The notes below the pieces were generated by a model. It had not been told where the DNA came from. It searched no databases and worked only from the letters and a program-made list of their open reading frames with translations. A DNA stretch of 64,000 nucleotides from an uncultured Enemella sp. (GTDB lineage: Bacteria; Actinomycetota; Actinomycetes; Propionibacteriales; Propionibacteriaceae), in the NCBI GenBank assembly GCA_964515145.1, contig CAZEVN010000002.1, forward strand, positions 18,139 to 82,138. Direction: 5' to 3'. Positions 48,823 through 58,546 of the stretch are shown one piece after another. Position 1 is the stretch's first letter. Every line of letters begins with the position of its first letter. The position numbers and the translations under genes were made by a program.

Positions 48823-49179
48823 TCAGCCCTGGAGCAGGTCCCGGAGCACGACCGCCTGGTTGTGGTCGGAATCCTTCGCGCTGAAAACAAGGGTCAACAC
48901 GGTGTGTTCGCGATGGAATCCCCGCAGCGTCTTCAGAGCGTCCGAACCCTTCAACTCGCTGCGATAGCGCTTCGCGAACTCCTCGAATCTCTCGGGGTCG
49001 TGGCCGAACCATTTCCGCAGTTCGGTCGATGGCCCCGCCTCCTTGAGCCATTCGTCGACGGCTGCCGCCTCCTTGGTGATCCCTCTCGGCCAGACCCGGT
49101 CGACCAGCACCCGGAAGCCGTCAGCCTTGGCGACGTCGTCATAGACGCGCTTGATGAGGACCCGATGTTTGCTGCTCAT
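48823..49179 (-). CDS. DUF488 (YeaO-like) family protein
   Basis: KRVYD...GFRVLVDRVWPRGITKE...EWLKEAGPSTELRKWFGHDPERF. Confidence 0.85.
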   Translation of the reverse strand: MSSKHRVLIKRVYDDVAKADGFRVLVDRVWPRGITKEAAAVDEWLKEAGPSTELRKWFGHDPERFEEFAKRYRSELKGSDALKTLRGFHREHTVLTLVFSAKDSDHNQAVVLRDLLQG

Positions 49180-49257
49180 TCATCAAGGCTACGCGTCCCG
49201 TGGAAGCGGAGAGGGGAGCCGACACCCCCTCCCGCCGCGTGCGGAAGAATGCTCCCC

Positions 49258-50334
49258 ATGGCTCTAGAACCGCACGTCATCCAGTCCCTGCCGAAAGTGG
49301 CACTCCATGACCACCTGGACGGTGGCGTACGCCCCCAGACGCTCCTCGACATCGCCGCCGAGGTGGGGCACACGCTCCCCGTGGGTGATGCCGAGTCGCT
49401 GGGTCATTGGTTCTTCGAAGCGGCCGACTCCGGCACGCTCGTGCGCTATCTGGAGACCTTCGACCACACCATCGCTGTTATGCAGCGGGCGGAGGACCTG
49501 CGCCGGATCGCGCGGGAGTTCGTCGAGGACCAGGCAGCGGACGGGGTTGTGTACGCCGAGGCGCGCTGGGCGCCGGAGCAGCACCTGGCCGGCGGCCTGA
49601 GCCTGTCCGAGGCCGTCGAGGCGGTCCGTGACGGACTTGCGGAAGGAATGGTGGCCGCGTCTCAGGCGGGTCAGACCATCGTCGCCCGGCAGATCATCAG
49701 CGCCATGCGACAGAACGATCGCGGCCTCGAGATTGCCGAGTTGGCCGTGGCCCACCGACGCGACCTGGTCGGGGGATTCGACATCGCTGGGCCGGAGTTG
49801 GGCTTCCCGCCCGAACGTCTGGGCGAAGCTTTCCGATACCTGCAGCGGCACAACCTGCCCTACACGATCCATGCCGGGGAAGCGGATGGTCTGGAATCGA
49901 TCTGGCAGGCAGTCCAGCTCATGCGTGCGGACCGGATAGGGCACGGCGTTCGGATCATCGACGACGTCGAACCCGGGCCCTACGGTGAGTGGCAGGTGGG
50001 GGAACTTGCGGCGTACATCCGCGACAGGCGGATCGCTCTTGAGGTCTGCCCGACGTCCAACCTCCAGACGGGCATTGCCCCGTCGTACGCCCAACACCCC
50101 TTCGGCGTGCTCGACCAACTGGGGTTCAACCTCACCGTGTCGTGTGACAACCGGTTGATGAGCGGCACGACCCTGACCGAGGAATTCAGCCATCTGAGTT
50201 CGGCGTTCGGCTATGGGGTGGACGACCTCTATCGCTTCACGCTGAATGCGCTCGATGCCGCGTTCCTGTCCGGGCCGGAGCGGGCCAACCTGCAACGCGA
50301 CGTGGTAGACCCGGCGTACATGCTGGTGAGCTGA
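49258..50334 (+). CDS. add: Adenosine deaminase
   Basis: LPKVALHDHLDGG, TIHAGEADG and SCDNRLMSGT motifs. The alternative ATG is at 49249. Confidence 0.9.
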   Translation: MALEPHVIQSLPKVALHDHLDGGVRPQTLLDIAAEVGHTLPVGDAESLGHWFFEAADSGTLVRYLETFDHTIAVMQRAEDLRRIAREFVEDQAADGVVYAEARWAPEQHLAGGLSLSEAVEAVRDGLAEGMVAASQAGQTIVARQIISAMRQNDRGLEIAELAVAHRRDLVGGFDIAGPELGFPPERLGEAFRYLQRHNLPYTIHAGEADGLESIWQAVQLMRADRIGHGVRIIDDVEPGPYGEWQVGELAAYIRDRRIALEVCPTSNLQTGIAPSYAQHPFGVLDQLGFNLTVSCDNRLMSGTTLTEEFSHLSSAFGYGVDDLYRFTLNALDAAFLSGPERANLQRDVVDPAYMLVS

Positions 50335-50478
50335 ACTCGGCAATTCCGCGCTGACGGCGCGGATCACACATGGGGGGGTAGTGCAAAACCCTGAAGGGTA
50401 TGGGTAGGCTCGGGGACCGACAGGACTCGGAGGGCTTGCGCGTCGGAGCGTAGCTCCGCCTTATGTCGAGGAGGCGTC

Positions 50479-53400
50479 ATGGGACTGGGCAAGGTGATGT
50501 TGGGTTATCCGGTATTCCGGCAGCTCATCAGTGGTGACTTCCTGGGCCGTGGCCCAGCGGTGACCAGTCCGAAGACCAAGGAGATTACGGCGCGGACCGA
50601 CGAGGCCGACTCCGTGGCCCGCAGCGTGTGCCCCTATTGCGCGGTGGGCTGCGGTCAGCGGGTGTTCGTCAAGGACGGCAAGGTCATCCAGATCGAGGGT
50701 GACAAGGATTCGCCGATCTCGCGTGGCCGACTGTGCCCCAAGGGTTCGGCCAGTGAGCAGCTCGTCAACGCGCCCAACCGCGTGACCCAGGTGCTCTATC
50801 GCAAGCCCCACGCCAAGGACTGGGAGCGGCTCGACCGCGACCAGGCGATCGACATGATCGCCGACCGGTTCCTCGAGGCCCGCGCCCACGACTATCAGGA
50901 CACCGACGACCAGGGCCGGCTGCTCAACCGCACGATGAAGATCGCGGCGCTGGGCGGGGCCACGCTGGACAACGAAGAGAACTACATCATCAAGAAGTTG
51001 TTCACGGCCGCCGGCGCTATTCAGATCGAGAACCAGGCCCGGATATGACACTCCGCCACGGTTCCCAGTTTGGGAGCCTCGTTCGGGCGTGGCGGCGCCA
51101 CCCAGCCGGTGCAGGATCTCGCCAACTCTGACTGCATCATCATCCAGGGGTCCAACTTCGCCGAAGCACATCCGGTGGGGTTCCAGTGGGTGACGGAGGC
51201 GAAGCTGCGCGGTGCGCGGGTGATCCATATCGATCCCCGATTCACGCGGACTTCGTCCCAGGCCGACCGGCACTTCCCGATCCGGATCGGGTCGGACATC
51301 GTGCTGCTCGGCGCGCTGATCAACCATGTGATCAGCAACGACCTCTATTTCCACGACTACGTGCTGCACTACACCAATGCGGCCACGATCGTGAACGACA
51401 AGTTCGTGGACACCGAGGATCTGGACGGCTTCTTCTCCGGGTTCGACGAGAACCTGAAGGCCTATGACACGTCCAGCTGGGCGTACGCCGAGCCGGGCGA
51501 CCGGAGCAACGGCATCGATTCTCCCGGCACCGACAGTGGCCAGGAGCAGTCCGAGGCCTCGCGCGGCGAAACCCTGGGTGCCGGGGGCGCGCCGCTCGAT
51601 CACCCGCGGGTGTTGCGCGACGAGACCCTCACCGATCCCAATTGTGTGTTCCAGCTGCTCAAGAAGCACTTCCAGCGCTACACGCCGGAGATGGTGACCG
51701 AGGTCTGCGGCATCAGTGTCGAGGACTTCAAATACATCGCCGATTCGCTGGTCGAGAATTCGGGCCGCGAGCGCACGACGGCCTGGTGCTATGCGGTGGG
51801 CTGGACGCAGCACTCGGCGGGCGCGCAGATGATCCGGACGTCCGCGATCCTGCAGCTCCTGATGGGCAACATGGGTCGTCCCGGTGGCGGCATCATGGCC
51901 CTCCGTGGTCATGCCTCGATCCAGGGGTCGACCGACATCCCGACGCTCTACAACCTGCTACCGGGCTATCTGCCGATGCCCATGGTGGGGGAGCACGACA
52001 CGCTCGCCGAATATCTGGAGGCGGCCGGGTCGAAGGAGATGAAGGGCTTCTGGGCCAACGCCGATGCCTACACCGTCAGCCTCCTGAAGGCATGGTTCGG
52101 CGACAAGGCGACGGCCGAGAACGACTATTGCTATGACTGGCTGCCCCGATTGTCCGGCGCGCATGGCACCTATCAGACGGTGCTGTCGATGCTCGACGGC
52201 GGAGTGGACGGCTACTTCGTGCTGGGTCAGAACCCTGCCGTGGCGTCCGCCCACTCGCGGATCCAGCGCAAGGCGCTCGCCAAGCTCAAGTGGCTGGTCG
52301 TCAAGGACCTCCGCCTCATCGAGACCGCGACCTTCTGGAAGGACTCGACCGAGATCTCCACCGGCGAGATGGTGACCGAGGACATCGCGACCGAGGTCTT
52401 CTTCATGCCGGCGGCAACCCACGTCGAGAAGGCAGGCACGTTCACCCAGACTCAACGGATGGTCCAGTGGCGCGAGAAGGCGCTTGATCCGCCGGGTGAG
52501 TGCCAGGCCGACCTCGAGTTCTTCTGGGAGCTCGGCAACAAGATCCGCGAGAAGCTGGCCAGCTCGACCGACCCGCGCGACCAGGCCCTGCTCAACATCA
52601 CGTGGGACTACCCGCTCGATGAGCATGGCGAGGTCGATCCGGAATACATCCTCCAGGAGATCAACGGACGCTTCGTCGGTGGCGAGCGCGACGGGGAATT
52701 GCTGTCGAACTTCAACCAGATGAAGGCCGATGGATCGACGTCGGGTGGTTGCTGGATCTATACGGGCATCTATGCCGACGGCATCAACCATGCGAATCGG
52801 CGTCCCGGTCCGGAGGAGCGCGACGAGATGGCGCTCGGCTGGGCGTGGGCCTGGCCGGCCAACCGCCGCATCCTCTACAACCGGGCATCCGCCGATCCGG
52901 ACGGCAAGCCGTGGAGCGAGCGCAAGAAGCTGACCTGGTGGGATCCCGAACAGGGCCAGTGGGTCGGGCCCGACGTGCCGGACTTCCCGCTGACGCTCGC
53001 ACCGGGCACGAAGGCACCCCCGGGTGCCACGGGTCCGGCGGCGCTGGAGGGTGATGACGCGTTCATCATGCAGGCCGACGGCAAGGGGTGGCTGTTTGCC
53101 CCGAGCGGGCTCGTCGATGGGCCGTTGCCGACTCACTATGAGCCGGCCGAGTCGCCCGTGGTCAACCCGCTCTATGGTGTGCAGGCCAACCCGACCAAGG
53201 AGAGCTTCTCGCGGCCCGACAACCGGATGGTCAACAACCGGAAGGCGGCCGAGGTCTATCCCTATGTCTTCACGACCTATCGACTGACCGAACACCACAC
53301 CGCCGGTGGCATGAGCCGCTTCCTGCCCTATCTGTCGGAGCTGCAGCCGGAGATGTTCTGCGAGATCTCCCAGGCCCTGGCCGATGAGCGAGGACTGGAG

Positions 53401-53796
53401 AACGGCGGCTGGGCGACCCTGATCAGCCCCCGAGGGGCGATCGAGGCGCGGGTGCTGGTCACCGACCGGGTGGTGCCGGTGACGTCCGGCGGACGCACCG
53501 TCCACCAGATAGGCCTGCCCTATCACTGGGCGGTCGGCGATCGGGCGGTCGTGACCGGTGACGCGGCCAATGACTTGCTCGGCATCGTGCTCGACCCGAA
53601 CGTGATGATCCAGGAGTCCAAGGTCGGCATGTGTGACATCCAGCCGGGACGCAGGCCCCAGGGCAAGAAGGTGCTGGACCTGGTGGCGGAATATCTGGAC
53701 CGATCCGGACTCGAGCCCAAGGGCGAGGGCACGACCGGTCAGCCGCAGTCGGACGCGCCCATCGCGTCGGCTGTGCGTACCCCTGAGGAGGCGTGA
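50479..53796 (+). CDS. Formate dehydrogenase catalytic (molybdopterin) subunit, selenocysteine-containing; TGA 51046-51048 read as Sec
   Basis: ORFs 50479..51048 and 51070..53796 share one frame. 4Fe-4S motif CPYCAVGCG. The context IENQARI-U-HSATVPSLGASFGRGG is like FdnG. RBS GAGGAGG. sel genes are adjacent. Confidence 0.9.
51049..51097 (+). promoter_or_regulatory. Candidate bacterial SECIS hairpin
   Basis: GGUUCCCA-GUU-UGGGAGCC (51060-51078) starts 12 nt after the UGA. The alternative or nested outer stem is CCGCCACG (51053-51060) / CGUGGCGG (51088-51095). Confidence 0.6.
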
Positions 53797-54893
53797 TGGG
53801 ATTCTGGCGCCAGCAACTGTTCGGCCCCACCGACCCGGCCCGCGATGCGGCCTGGGACGACAAGCCGAAGCGCAAGGGCTTCTTCACCGACACGTCGATC
53901 TGCATCGGCTGCAAGGCCTGTGAAGTCGCGTGCAAGGAATGGAACCGGGTTCCGACCCGGATGCCGAGCCCGGCCAACCGGCACGGCCTGGTCAAGGGCA
54001 TGACGGCTGAGTCCTATGACAACTCCGGTCATCTGGGTGCTGACACGTGGCGCCATGTCGCGTTCATCGAACAGGGCCCGGAGCAACTCGAGCGGGCCCG
54101 TGCCACCGGTGCAGCGACGGTCAGCCTGGGCATGCCGAGCGTACGCTCGAAGGACTCCTCTGCCGGCACCACGCTGACGGCCGACAAGGGTCCGCTCATC
54201 GGCTCGGGTGGCGTCGCCACGCTGGCGCCGACCGAGGAAGGGCTGAAGGCGAATCCGGATCTGCCGCCGGTGCGTTGGCTGATGAGTTCTGATGTCTGCA
54301 AGCACTGCACCCACGCGGGCTGTCTCGACGTGTGCCCGACGGGTGCGCTGTTCCGCACCGAGTTCGGCACGGTCGTCGTGCAGGCCGATGTCTGCAATGG
54401 CTGCGGCTATTGCGTGAGCGCCTGCCCGTTCGGTGTGATCGGGCGGCGATCGAACGGCCTGGTTGAGTTGGGTGACGGTACGCAGGGTCTGCCCGTCAAT
54501 CCGGGTGTCGCCCAGAAGTGCACGCTCTGCTATGACCGCCTCAAGCATGGCCAGACCCCGGCGTGTGCGCAGACCTGCCCGACCAGCAGCATCAAGTTCG
54601 GCGACCACGACGAGATGGTGGCCACGGCTCGGCAACGGCTCGAGGACCTGCATGCCCAGGGCCACACCGAGGCCCGGCTGTATGGCGCCAACCCGGACGA
54701 CGGCGTCGGCGGCACCGGTTCGGTGTTCCTGCTCATGGATGAGCCCGAGGCCTATGGCCTGCCGCCGGATCCGCTCGTGCCGACAGCGCGGGTGGGCCAG
54801 ATGTTCACGATGGCCGGCTTCGCCGGGACCGCGTTGATGACCGTGTGCGTCACCGTGTTCGCCGGATTTGCCGCGCTGGGGAGGAAACGATGA
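53796..54893 (+). CDS. Formate dehydrogenase iron-sulfur subunit (4Fe-4S ferredoxin-type) with C-terminal TM anchor
   Basis: Cys clusters CIGCKACEVAC, CKHCTHAGC, CNGCGYCVSAC and CTLCYDR. C-terminal helix FAGTALMTVCVTVFAGFAAL. The start overlaps the alpha subunit stop. Confidence 0.9.
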   Translation: MGFWRQQLFGPTDPARDAAWDDKPKRKGFFTDTSICIGCKACEVACKEWNRVPTRMPSPANRHGLVKGMTAESYDNSGHLGADTWRHVAFIEQGPEQLERARATGAATVSLGMPSVRSKDSSAGTTLTADKGPLIGSGGVATLAPTEEGLKANPDLPPVRWLMSSDVCKHCTHAGCLDVCPTGALFRTEFGTVVVQADVCNGCGYCVSACPFGVIGRRSNGLVELGDGTQGLPVNPGVAQKCTLCYDRLKHGQTPACAQTCPTSSIKFGDHDEMVATARQRLEDLHAQGHTEARLYGANPDDGVGGTGSVFLLMDEPEAYGLPPDPLVPTARVGQMFTMAGFAGTALMTVCVTVFAGFAALGRKR

Positions 54894-55984
54894 CTGACGC
54901 CAAGACGGGCGCTTCGTCCAGCGCGACGCGAGCGTTCGACTCCGACCGGCCGCCCGCGCCTCAGCGCAAGCCGGGGGAGGGTCGGAAGCGCCGCAGCGGT
55001 GGCGACCCGAACGTCGTCGTGCCCGAGGCCGAGTTCCGCAGTTACTACGGACATCCGGTCATCCAGGCACCGCCGTGGAACTGGATGATTCCGGCGTATC
55101 TCTTTCTCGGCGGTGCCGCCGCAGGCTCCGGCCTCCTCGCCGCCGGTGGGCACTTCACGGGTCGCAAGAAGCTGCGTACGCGCGGCCGCTGGGCCGCGAT
55201 CATCGGTGTCGGGCTCGGTGGCGCCGCACTGGCCGGCGACCTCGGCCGTCCGGAACGCGCGCTCAACATGATGCGCACCATGAAACTGACCTCACCGATG
55301 TCGGTGGGCTCGTGGATCCTGGCCGGGTTCGGCACCTTCGCCGGTGCCGCAGTCGGCATCGAGGTCATCCGCAAGTGGCTGCCGAAGGAAGGTCCCGCAG
55401 GCTGGACCGTCGCGCTCATCGACGGGCTGGCGTCCGCAGGGTCGGCGTTCTTCGCGCCTCCGCTGGCGGCGTACACGGGTGTTCTGCTCTCCGACACTGC
55501 CCTGCCCACCTGGAACGAGGCCTATCGCGAACTGCCGTTCGTGTTCGTCTCCTCCGGCATCGCGGCGGGGTCGGGCCTGAACATGATCATCGCCCCGACG
55601 AAGGAGACCGGTCCGGCGCGTGCGCTGGCGGTCATCGGCGCGGGCGCTGAGCTGTGGATCGGCGAGATGATGACCAAGCGTCTGGGCGAACTGGCCGAGC
55701 CCTATCACGAGGAGCCGGCGAAGACCTATCACAAAGCGTCCAAGATCCTCACCGCCGTAGGCGGACTGGGGGCGGCGCTCCTGGGTGGCAACAAGGTCGG
55801 CGCGGTGCTCTCCGGTGCTGCGCTCATGGCCGGCTCGGCGTTCACCCGCTTTGCAGTCTTCGATGCCGGCATGAAGTCGGCCGAGGACCCGAAATATGTG
55901 ATCAAGCCCCAGCGGGCTCGCGCAGCGAAGGCCGCCGAAGAAGGCCGTGGGGTGACCCAGCCCGGCGGCGAGTGGCCGACCTGA
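54890..55984 (+). CDS. NrfD/PsrC-type polytopic membrane anchor subunit
   Basis: PPWNWMIPAYLFLGGAAAGSGLLAAG and multiple helices. ATGA overlap with the beta subunit gene. Confidence 0.85.
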   Translation: MTDAKTGASSSATRAFDSDRPPAPQRKPGEGRKRRSGGDPNVVVPEAEFRSYYGHPVIQAPPWNWMIPAYLFLGGAAAGSGLLAAGGHFTGRKKLRTRGRWAAIIGVGLGGAALAGDLGRPERALNMMRTMKLTSPMSVGSWILAGFGTFAGAAVGIEVIRKWLPKEGPAGWTVALIDGLASAGSAFFAPPLAAYTGVLLSDTALPTWNEAYRELPFVFVSSGIAAGSGLNMIIAPTKETGPARALAVIGAGAELWIGEMMTKRLGELAEPYHEEPAKTYHKASKILTAVGGLGAALLGGNKVGAVLSGAALMAGSAFTRFAVFDAGMKSAEDPKYVIKPQRARAAKAAEEGRGVTQPGGEWPT

Positions 55985-56000
55985 CCAACACCACCGTCCA

Positions 56001-56042
56001 CGCCGGTTGAGTTCGGATTTCGACGAGCTCAACCGGCGTTTT
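56001..56042 (+). terminator. Rho-independent terminator of the FDH operon
   Basis: CGCCGGTTGAG...CTCAACCGGCG, an 11-bp stem, followed by TTTT. Confidence 0.8.
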
Positions 56043-56050
56043 CGGTGACA

Positions 56051-57049
56051 TCAGCGGACGCGGATCACCGGGGAGGTGGCCGGGACGAGTTCGCCGATGA
56101 CGGTCCCGCCGGGGACTTCGCCCGCGATCAGCAGGCCCCCCGAGGTCTGGGCGTCGGCGAGCAGAATCATTTCGTGCTCATCGAGCTCGGCCTGGAGATG
56201 GGGAGTCACCCAGTCGAGATTGCGACGTGAGCCCCCCGGGATGAACCCCTCGGCCATGGATTCGCGAGCCCCCTCCAGGACCGGCACGGCCGCGTGGTCG
56301 AGCACCGCGGAGACCCCGGACGCGCGGCACATCTTGTAGAGGTGACCGAGCAGCCCGAAACCTGTGACATCGGTCGCAGCCTTCACGCCGGCGGCGAGCG
56401 CCGCCTGCGCCGCGTCCGCATTGAGGGCCGTCATCGACGCGATCGCGTGCTCGAAGCGTTCGCCGGTCGCCTTGTGGCGATTGTTGAGTACGCCCACCCC
56501 GATCGGCTTGGTCAGCGACAGGGGGAGGCCTGCCTCGGCGGCATCGTTGCGCAGGAGTCGATCCCGGTGCCCGCGTCCGGTCACGGCAACCCCATAGATC
56601 GGTTCGGGATTGTCGATCGAGTGCCCACCCGCCAGCGGGATTCCGGCGGCTCGGCAGGCCTCGAGCCCACCGCGGAGGACTTCACCCGCCAGCTCGACCG
56701 GCAGCACACCCCGGGGCCAGCCCAGGATGTTGATGCCGAGGATTGGGACGCCGCCCATGGCGTACACATCGCTCAACGCATTCGTGGCCGCGATCCGGCC
56801 CCAGTCGAACGGGTCGTCGACCACGGGGGTGAAGAAGTCGGTGGTCGAGATGACCACATCGCCGTCGGGGCCGAACGTCACCGCGCACGCGTCATCGCCG
56901 TCGTCGAGCCCCACGACGAGATCGGGGGAGGACACCCCGGTGAGCCCCGAGACCATCTGCTCGAGCTCCCCGGCCGGGATCTTTGAGGCACACCCCCCGC
57001 CGTGGGCGTACTGAGTCAGTCGTTTCTCCGGCGTTTCGATCGTGATCAC
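56051..57049 (-). CDS. selD: Selenide, water dikinase (selenophosphate synthetase), Cys-type
   Basis: N-terminal LTQYAHGGGCASKIP glycine-rich loop with Cys rather than Sec. AIR-synthase-like fold length of 332 aa. Confidence 0.9.
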   Translation of the reverse strand: MITIETPEKRLTQYAHGGGCASKIPAGELEQMVSGLTGVSSPDLVVGLDDGDDACAVTFGPDGDVVISTTDFFTPVVDDPFDWGRIAATNALSDVYAMGGVPILGINILGWPRGVLPVELAGEVLRGGLEACRAAGIPLAGGHSIDNPEPIYGVAVTGRGHRDRLLRNDAAEAGLPLSLTKPIGVGVLNNRHKATGERFEHAIASMTALNADAAQAALAAGVKAATDVTGFGLLGHLYKMCRASGVSAVLDHAAVPVLEGARESMAEGFIPGGSRRNLDWVTPHLQAELDEHEMILLADAQTSGGLLIAGEVPGGTVIGELVPATSPVIRVR

Positions 57050-57050
57050 G

Positions 57051-57096
57051 CCGCCACCCTATGTGGCGGCGTGGTGGCCAGCCGCTAGGGTGGCGG
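57051..57096. promoter_or_regulatory. 10-bp perfect inverted repeat CCGCCACCCT-N26-AGGGTGGCGG in the selD/selC divergent region, overlapping a TAGGGT -10-like hexamer (57086-57091)
   Basis: The left arm starts 2 nt from the selD start codon. The right arm ends 8 nt before the tRNA-Sec 5' end. Confidence 0.4.
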
Positions 57097-57103
57097 CCAC
57101 GAG

Positions 57104-57199
57104 GGAGGCGTATGGGTTCCTGGTGGGCCCCCCAGTCTTCAAAACTGGTGAGGCCGAGCATCTCGGTCTGGCGGGTTCGATTCCCGTCCGCCTCCGCCA
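57104..57199 (+). tRNA. selC: tRNA-Sec (anticodon UCA)
   Basis: 96 nt. GGAGGCG/CGCCTCC acceptor plus G-CCA. 6-bp D stem GGGTTC/GGGCCC. CTTCAAA anticodon loop. Long variable arm GGCCGAG-CAT-CTCGGTC. T loop GGTTCGATTCC. It lies 45 nt upstream of selA. Confidence 0.88.
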
Positions 57200-57244
57200 A
57201 ACTTCCTTGTCGCCGCGCTGTCGGTCGACTGTGAGAGGAGCCCG

Positions 57245-58546
57245 GTGAGCAGCGATCCGCGCCGCGATATCCCGCGCACCGATACGTTGCTCGCGCGTCC
57301 AGCCCTGGTGGTGGCGGCGAATCGGCTGGGGGCGGATGCGGTGCGGACGGCCGTCCGGGCTGCACAGGCGGAGGCACGGGAGGGCCGGATTCCACCGACC
57401 GAGGTGGGGGAGTACGCTGAGTCGCTGCTCGCGGGACCACCGCCCCTGCGTCCGGTTCTGAACGCCACCGGGATCGTGGTGCACACGAATCTGGGCCGCG
57501 CGCCGCTCTCGCCGGAGGCCGTCGAGGCCATGACCGCAGCGGCCGGCTATGTCGATGTCGAGCTCGATCTCGCCGACGGCAAGCGGGCCAAACGGGGGGC
57601 CGCCACCCTCGCAGCGCTGCTGACCGCCTGCCCGCAGGCCGCCGATGCGCTGGTCGTCAACAATGGCGCGGCGGCGCTGGTGCTGGCGACCACGGCGCTG
57701 GCCGCCGGTCGGGAGGTGATCGTGTCCCGCGGTGAACTCGTCGAAATCGGCGACGGCTTCCGCCTGCCGGATCTGATCGCCTCGACGGGAGCCCGGCTGC
57801 GAGAGGTCGGGACGACCAACCGCACGCACCTCGCCGATTATGCGGAGGCGATCGGGCCCGAGACCGGCTGCATCCTCAAGGTGCATCCCAGCAACTTTCA
57901 TGTCTCCGGCTTCACGTCGTCGGTCCCCCTCGACCAGTTGGCCGAACTGGGCCCGCCCGTCATCGCCGACATCGGCTCCGGACTGCTGGTGCACGATCCG
58001 GCGTTGCCCGATGAACCCGATGCGGCGTCGGCGCTGGCAGCGGGTGCCCACCTCGTCACCGCGTCCGGTGACAAGCTGCTCGGCGGCCCCCAGGCCGGGA
58101 TCATCCTGGGGGAAAGCGACCTCGTCCAGCGACTGCGCCGCCACCCGCTCGCTCGCGCTCTGCGCGTCGACAAGCTCACCCTCGCCGCGCTCCAGGCGAC
58201 CCTGACGGGCCCCGTGCCGCCCGTCACCGCCTATCGGCAGGCCGACCCGGACGAGCTCCGGGTCCGCTGCGAGCGTCTGGCCGAGGCACTGGTCGAGCAC
58301 CTTGACGAGGTGTCGATCGTCGAGCACACGGGGCATGTCGGCGGTGGTGGTGCCCCGGGCGTACCCCTGCCCGGCTGGGCACTCGCCCTTCCCGAATCCT
58401 TCGCCACTCGGCTCAGGCTCGGGGATCCTGCCGTCCTGGCCCGCACCGATCGGGCCCGTTGTCTGGTGGACCCGCGGTGTGTCCCCACCGATCGCGATGC
58501 GGACCTCGTCAGGGCGATTCTTTCCGCTGCGATGGGAACGACATGA
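57245..58546 (+). CDS. selA: L-seryl-tRNA(Sec) selenium transferase
   Basis: NATGIVVHTNLGRAPLS, and the PLP-lysine region SGDKLLGGPQAG. GTG start after GAGAGGAG. Confidence 0.92.
   Translation: MSSDPRRDIPRTDTLLARPALVVAANRLGADAVRTAVRAAQAEAREGRIPPTEVGEYAESLLAGPPPLRPVLNATGIVVHTNLGRAPLSPEAVEAMTAAAGYVDVELDLADGKRAKRGAATLAALLTACPQAADALVVNNGAAALVLATTALAAGREVIVSRGELVEIGDGFRLPDLIASTGARLREVGTTNRTHLADYAEAIGPETGCILKVHPSNFHVSGFTSSVPLDQLAELGPPVIADIGSGLLVHDPALPDEPDAASALAAGAHLVTASGDKLLGGPQAGIILGESDLVQRLRRHPLARALRVDKLTLAALQATLTGPVPPVTAYRQADPDELRVRCERLAEALVEHLDEVSIVEHTGHVGGGGAPGVPLPGWALALPESFATRLRLGDPAVLARTDRARCLVDPRCVPTDRDADLVRAILSAAMGTT

Noticed and set aside
50335-50478. Possible Moco riboswitch in the 144-nt leader of the FDH operon
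   Set aside because: I could not match the conserved Moco-motif core from memory. It contains only a short hairpin (CCGCGC-TGACG-GCGCGG) that is more likely the end of the add transcript. It should be tested with cmsearch, but it is not supported here.
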